64,000 bases of DNA from Raillietiella orientalis (Eukaryota): the NCBI GenBank assembly GCA_036172245.1, contig JAYWIR010000033.1, positions 2,294,001-2,358,000 on the forward strand, written 5' to 3'. The notes beneath the pieces were generated by a model. It was not told the DNA's origin and searched no databases. It saw only the letters and a program-made list of their open reading frames with translations. The position numbers and the translations under genes are program-made. How positions within the stretch are numbered: the first letter of the stretch is position 1; each line of letters begins with the position of its first letter. Positions 61,301-64,000 of the stretch are shown piece by piece.

Positions 61301-63532
61301 GATGCACTTACTGTTCCATCTTCACATTTTCAGTGACGTTCACACACGCCTGTACAGTATCGTGGAATTTGCGTGGTACAGTAGAATGGCATAAGTGGCG
61401 AGCGACAAAAATCTCTTCAGCGGTCGAAGGGTAATCCGAGGAGTGATGGGGTTGATATCATTTGCATGTCATTTGATAGGAAGGATATATGGGGTGCTGA
61501 TGAGGAGGTAGATAAGAAACAGCAAGTGCAGATACATTGGTGTGGCACATTCTGTAGCTCACATGATTTCTTATGCGGCGTGTATAATTATTGTATTGGT
61601 GGGAATGGCGATGTATTTGGCAGGATATATTTGGGAGTGAGAACGAGAGTAGGGCGGGAGTGAAGGAAGCAAGGAGCTATTTCTAGGTTTCTAGCTTGGA
61701 AAAGAGAGATCTTGGAAAAAAAAAAAAAAAAAAAATGCTTGCCCGCATCCCAGTGAATCAACAGTTCAGCACTCTGTCCGGGAAGAAAGTGCCGCGCTGT
61801 ACACATGTATGAAGGCAGCTGACTACATCGTTGTCAAATGCGAACGAGCCGGAAGATGCCAAAGAATTGCCTCTCGAAAACGTGCCAAGGAGCCCATCCC
61901 TCTTTTCAGCGTAAACTTTGCGCCGTCTCCCGCTGCCGAGATACAGTGGCGAGGCCTCAGGTCGAAAAAGGAACCGAGAGGTCAAATCGAGTCGAGGGGG
62001 TTCTTCTTGCACTAAGAGACGTCGAGACGGCACGAAGAAGAGGCAAGGATAGAAAGTGCGCCGTCGTCGCCCGAGCAGTGCACGCAGCTCGCGAGAGTGG
62101 GTGCGTTTCCGGCAAGCCCTCCGGAATCTTCCTCACCGAGCTCCCATAAAAATTATTTCTCTGGTAACCACCTTCTCCTTGGGAATTGCATTCTTGGAGC
62201 GCACTGCAGGACGCTAGGAGGCCAGTCCAGGGCTCAAGGGACGAAGTTCCCTGCTAAAAGGCAGAGACGTGCTGGAGTCATCGCTGGAGCATCGAATTCT
62301 GAGAGGCGCCCCTAGAATGTCGGAAGACGCAGAGCAAGTGGAACAAACTGTCTCTGCACCCGCCTTCTTTTCCGGCTCTTTTGGACATCTTCCAAGCTGC
62401 TGTCAGCATCTTCAAAAGTCAAAGAAGCTTCCCTAGGCTTAGCTCCGAGAAAGGGCGTTCCTATGAAGTTGGTCGGCTGGTTTGCCGCTGTGTCCCAAGG
62501 TCCTCTGCAGAACAATCCAAAAGCTTTCGAAGTTTTGTAGCATCTCTTGTTGCAATCTGCAGCTGTCGGAATCCAATCTGCTTCGTCTACCCATACGGCG
62601 TCCGGTGGCCATCTTGCAGATATGCCCCCTCCCTCCCGCTCTTCCAGACCGAAGAAACTCTGTGCACTCTGGAGGTGAGCTCTCCGAACGGGAGAGGAGA
62701 GCACATCGACCTCTTCGTTCGCGCCGTCTGTCCTCTGGGTGTTGTGTGCGGCGATCTTGTGGGCTCCTCAAAAACCTCAGAGAAGTCCCCGCCGTCGTGA
62801 AACGCGGGAAATCCGTCCGTCCTCGAAGCGCCTATTCGCAACGACCATCCGAAACATCTGCCCTTCCTCACCCTGCCCTCTCGCTTCCGGTAGAGGGAGA
62901 GCTACCTGACTTCAGGGCAGGAAATGGTAGCCGAGCGCTCGCGTAACAATCCCACGAGAGAAGGTTAGGGAGTCTCGGGACAATTGGGGACCATACACGT
63001 TCTCTCGAGAGAGACACCTCCCTCCTCTGCATCCCCAGAACCCCCTTCGCTCATCAAAGAGGGAGAGCAACTCCCCGCCAGTCCAAGGGAGGCGGTCTCC
63101 TCGCAACGGTTGGCCGATCAGGCCTTCGCCTCCACGAGACTCTTTGAGGAGAACGGAAAGCGAATAGCACGTGCCCTTCTTCCCTCTTTGGCGACTCCAC
63201 CGATTTGGCGAGGGAGAGAACCCTACCACCCACACTCCTGTCGCTGCACCTCAAAAAAAAGACTCCGTTCCCGTCAGCGCTAATCGAAGACCTGAGATCA
63301 GTGCAAGCGACTATTTCCCTGTTGCTCCCCATCTACACTCTTGATCCGCACGCTTAGCGACGCCGAGATTTCGGTTTCCTTCGCACCGCCGTCTCTCCAC
63401 TCATCCATGCCATTTTTTTCCAGGAAAAGAGAAGTGCCCAACCTCCCTCCAAGGATCCACTTCGTTTGGATAAGCCGAAGACTGGAGATGTTTTCCTGGT
63501 TGCTGCACGATCTCAAAAGACTGCACAATCTG
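49234..63532 (+). CDS. Nox4: NADPH oxidase, NOX4-like (possibly arthropod NOX4-art), no EF-hands; 3' end unresolved
   Basis: Exons 49234-49341, 49497-49589, 50240-50441, 54354-54451, 58278-58305, 58370-58523, 58582-58702, 58759-58914, 58962-59079, 59161-59248, 59295-59414, 63424-63532. All GT-AG, phases consistent, 465 codons. Motifs: SRASGAVLN..LPVC, heme His pairs (KVH-x13-H; YAH-x12-H), NLARY..HP..PGITG (NOX4-like), PGQY, HPFT, GPF, AGGIGVTPF, HFVWISR. Confidence 0.88.
49497..49589 (+). CDS. Nox4: Nox exon 2 (TM1)
   Basis: ttttag|ISWVSLNLFIFMTAYQHFQKPEYKLLRDRLG|gtacgt. Confidence 0.88.
50240..50441 (+). CDS. Nox4: Nox exon 3 (TM2, B-loop, first heme His)
   Basis: ctctag|ISFLLSRASGAVLNVSCFFVILPVCKG...SKVHAMCAVTVIVAS|gtgacc. 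Confidence 0.9.
52480..53300 (-). mobile_element. Possible decayed pogo/Tigger (CENP-B-like HTH plus DDE) fragment
   Basis: MILWIYMRSLKGISSKIF..MRAARRCSNFSK (HTH-like) followed by KRTASLCNSKGEE (cf. KxRxTVLLCxNxxG); weak. Confidence 0.3.
54354..54451 (+). CDS. Nox4: Nox exon 4 (TM3 second His, C-loop)
   Basis: ttccag|ALHVTAHFFNAWSSSKNFDYDHPEINLARYQGQ|gtgagt. Confidence 0.9.
56800..58000 (-). mobile_element. Possible decayed L1/Tx1 LINE RT-region fragment
   Basis: FLPSHQRERESALECDIT resembles the pre-RT linker; GC-rich, many frameshifts. Confidence 0.3.
58278..58305 (+). CDS. Nox4: Nox exon 5 (28-nt microexon)
   Basis: ttccag|HPVVVALST+t|gtacgt; bridges phase 0 to phase 1. Confidence 0.75.
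58370..58523 (+). CDS. Nox4: Nox exon 6 (TM4-TM5, heme His pair)
   Basis: ttccag|FPGITGTLMLMV...HYNLFWYAHKTWFLFVGLLIAHPL|gtgacg. Confidence 0.92.
58582..58702 (+). CDS. Nox4: Nox exon 7 (E-loop)
   Basis: actcag|RGILKMQDMGPSSDCGG...NGCRHPQFVSIASS|gtgagc. Confidence 0.85.
58759..58914 (+). CDS. Nox4: Nox exon 8 (TM6, start of FAD domain)
   Basis: ggaag|TWMWLSPVLLLYFADW...FNWFPGQ|gtaggt. Confidence 0.88.
58962..59079 (+). CDS. Nox4: Nox exon 9 (FAD-binding HPFT)
   Basis: ttccag|YVLLRCPDISELEFHPFTVTE...IHCKGNWE|gtagga. Confidence 0.92.
59161..59248 (+). CDS. Nox4: Nox exon 10
   Basis: gcgcag|GRLKQKLAQLHDPRCWKGDPLPEVSLGEL|gtattc; phases 1-2 fit neighbours. Confidence 0.8.
59295..59414 (+). CDS. 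Nox4: Nox exon 11 (NADPH-binding GGIGVTPF)
   Basis: cctcag|RFHMKGPFSSPLEYINAYETAICIAGGIGVTPFAAIFRDS|gtgagt. Confidence 0.93.
60324..61295 (+). mobile_element. piggyBac remnant, copy 3 (5' part)
   Basis: TTAA|CCTGTTACGTGGGTTTGAC terminus. SRVMAHHRLLLPCRFI and [10 protein letters not shown] motifs; 60505-60780 and 61120-61295 are homologous in inverted orientation to copy 1 (7740-8208). Confidence 0.8.
62300..63255 (-). mobile_element. Possible decayed LINE AP-endonuclease fragment
   Basis: ENVYGPQLSRDSLTF resembles the APE NVYAP motif. Confidence 0.35.
63424..63532 (+). CDS. Nox4: Nox exon 12 (NADPH domain)
   Basis: ttccag|LKREVPNLPPRIHFVWISRRLEMFSWLLHDLKRLHNL|gtatgg (cf. NOX4 LYFIWVCRDIQSFRWFADLLCMLHNK). 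Confidence 0.9.
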
Positions 63533-64000
63533 GTATGGTGCGTGCCGCTGAGTCGCCCTGGTCCTTCGTTTGGGGATCGGCCCTTTCCCCCTTTCCCTGC
63601 CTTTCCCTGCGCCGAGGGGAAGGGTTTGCCCGGTGGCGGACTCGCGCCTCGTGCGACCTAGCCAATCGGTGCGGCGACGCTCGTCGCGGCGGGGTCGCAG
63701 GAATGCGATTTCTCCTCCTATGAGAGGAAGGTCTCGCCAGGCCGCAGACGGGCGAGCCTGCCATCGCGGAGGCCGTGGGGCGGGTGAGCTCGCCGAGGCC
63801 CATCCTGGCGCACCGGTTCCAGACCATCGCCCTCCCGAGGAGGGAAGCGCTGCGATTTCCTTTCCCTGGATTTCCTTCCAGCACTGTCGTCCTCCCAGGC
63901 CGGGTCCAACAGTTTGCCGTCTGCGCTCTCCGGAGCATGTAAAAGACACATGCAGGAGAGTAGCAGAGGCAGGCTGCTCCTTCCCCGTGGCTCCGTCAGC

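Noticed and set aside
61497..61530. Hammerhead ribozyme core (CTGATGA...GAAA)
   Set aside because: The intervening sequence cannot form stem II

Overview
Eukaryotic genomic DNA, most likely arthropod (inferred from gene families, many 46-95 nt introns and an invertebrate-type mitochondrial insert). Most listed ORFs are spurious because the real genes are spliced. I rebuilt two + strand genes by hand from GT-AG boundaries with consistent phases. (1) A complete 12-exon colmedin/gliomedin-like type II membrane protein (TM, collagen, two Ig domains, olfactomedin; 3290-39725; 854 aa). (2) An EF-hand-less NOX4-like NADPH oxidase (12 clean exons, 49234-63532, 465 codons) whose last exons near the window end look corrupted. 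Introns and intergenic DNA hold three piggyBac remnants (two form a ~1 kb near-identical inverted pair around colmedin exons 2-5), a head-to-head pair of L1/Tx1-type LINE 3' ends upstream of colmedin, a ~0.9 kb tRNA-headed SINE-like element with a 14-bp TSD and a hairpin-array body, a decayed R2-like retroelement and a scrambled three-piece NUMT. I see no demonstrably new biological system. The best leads are the divergent NOX4-like enzyme, the hairpin-array SINE, the LINE palindrome, the NUMT mosaic and the intronic inverted repeat. All family assignments are by-eye motif recognition, not database searches.
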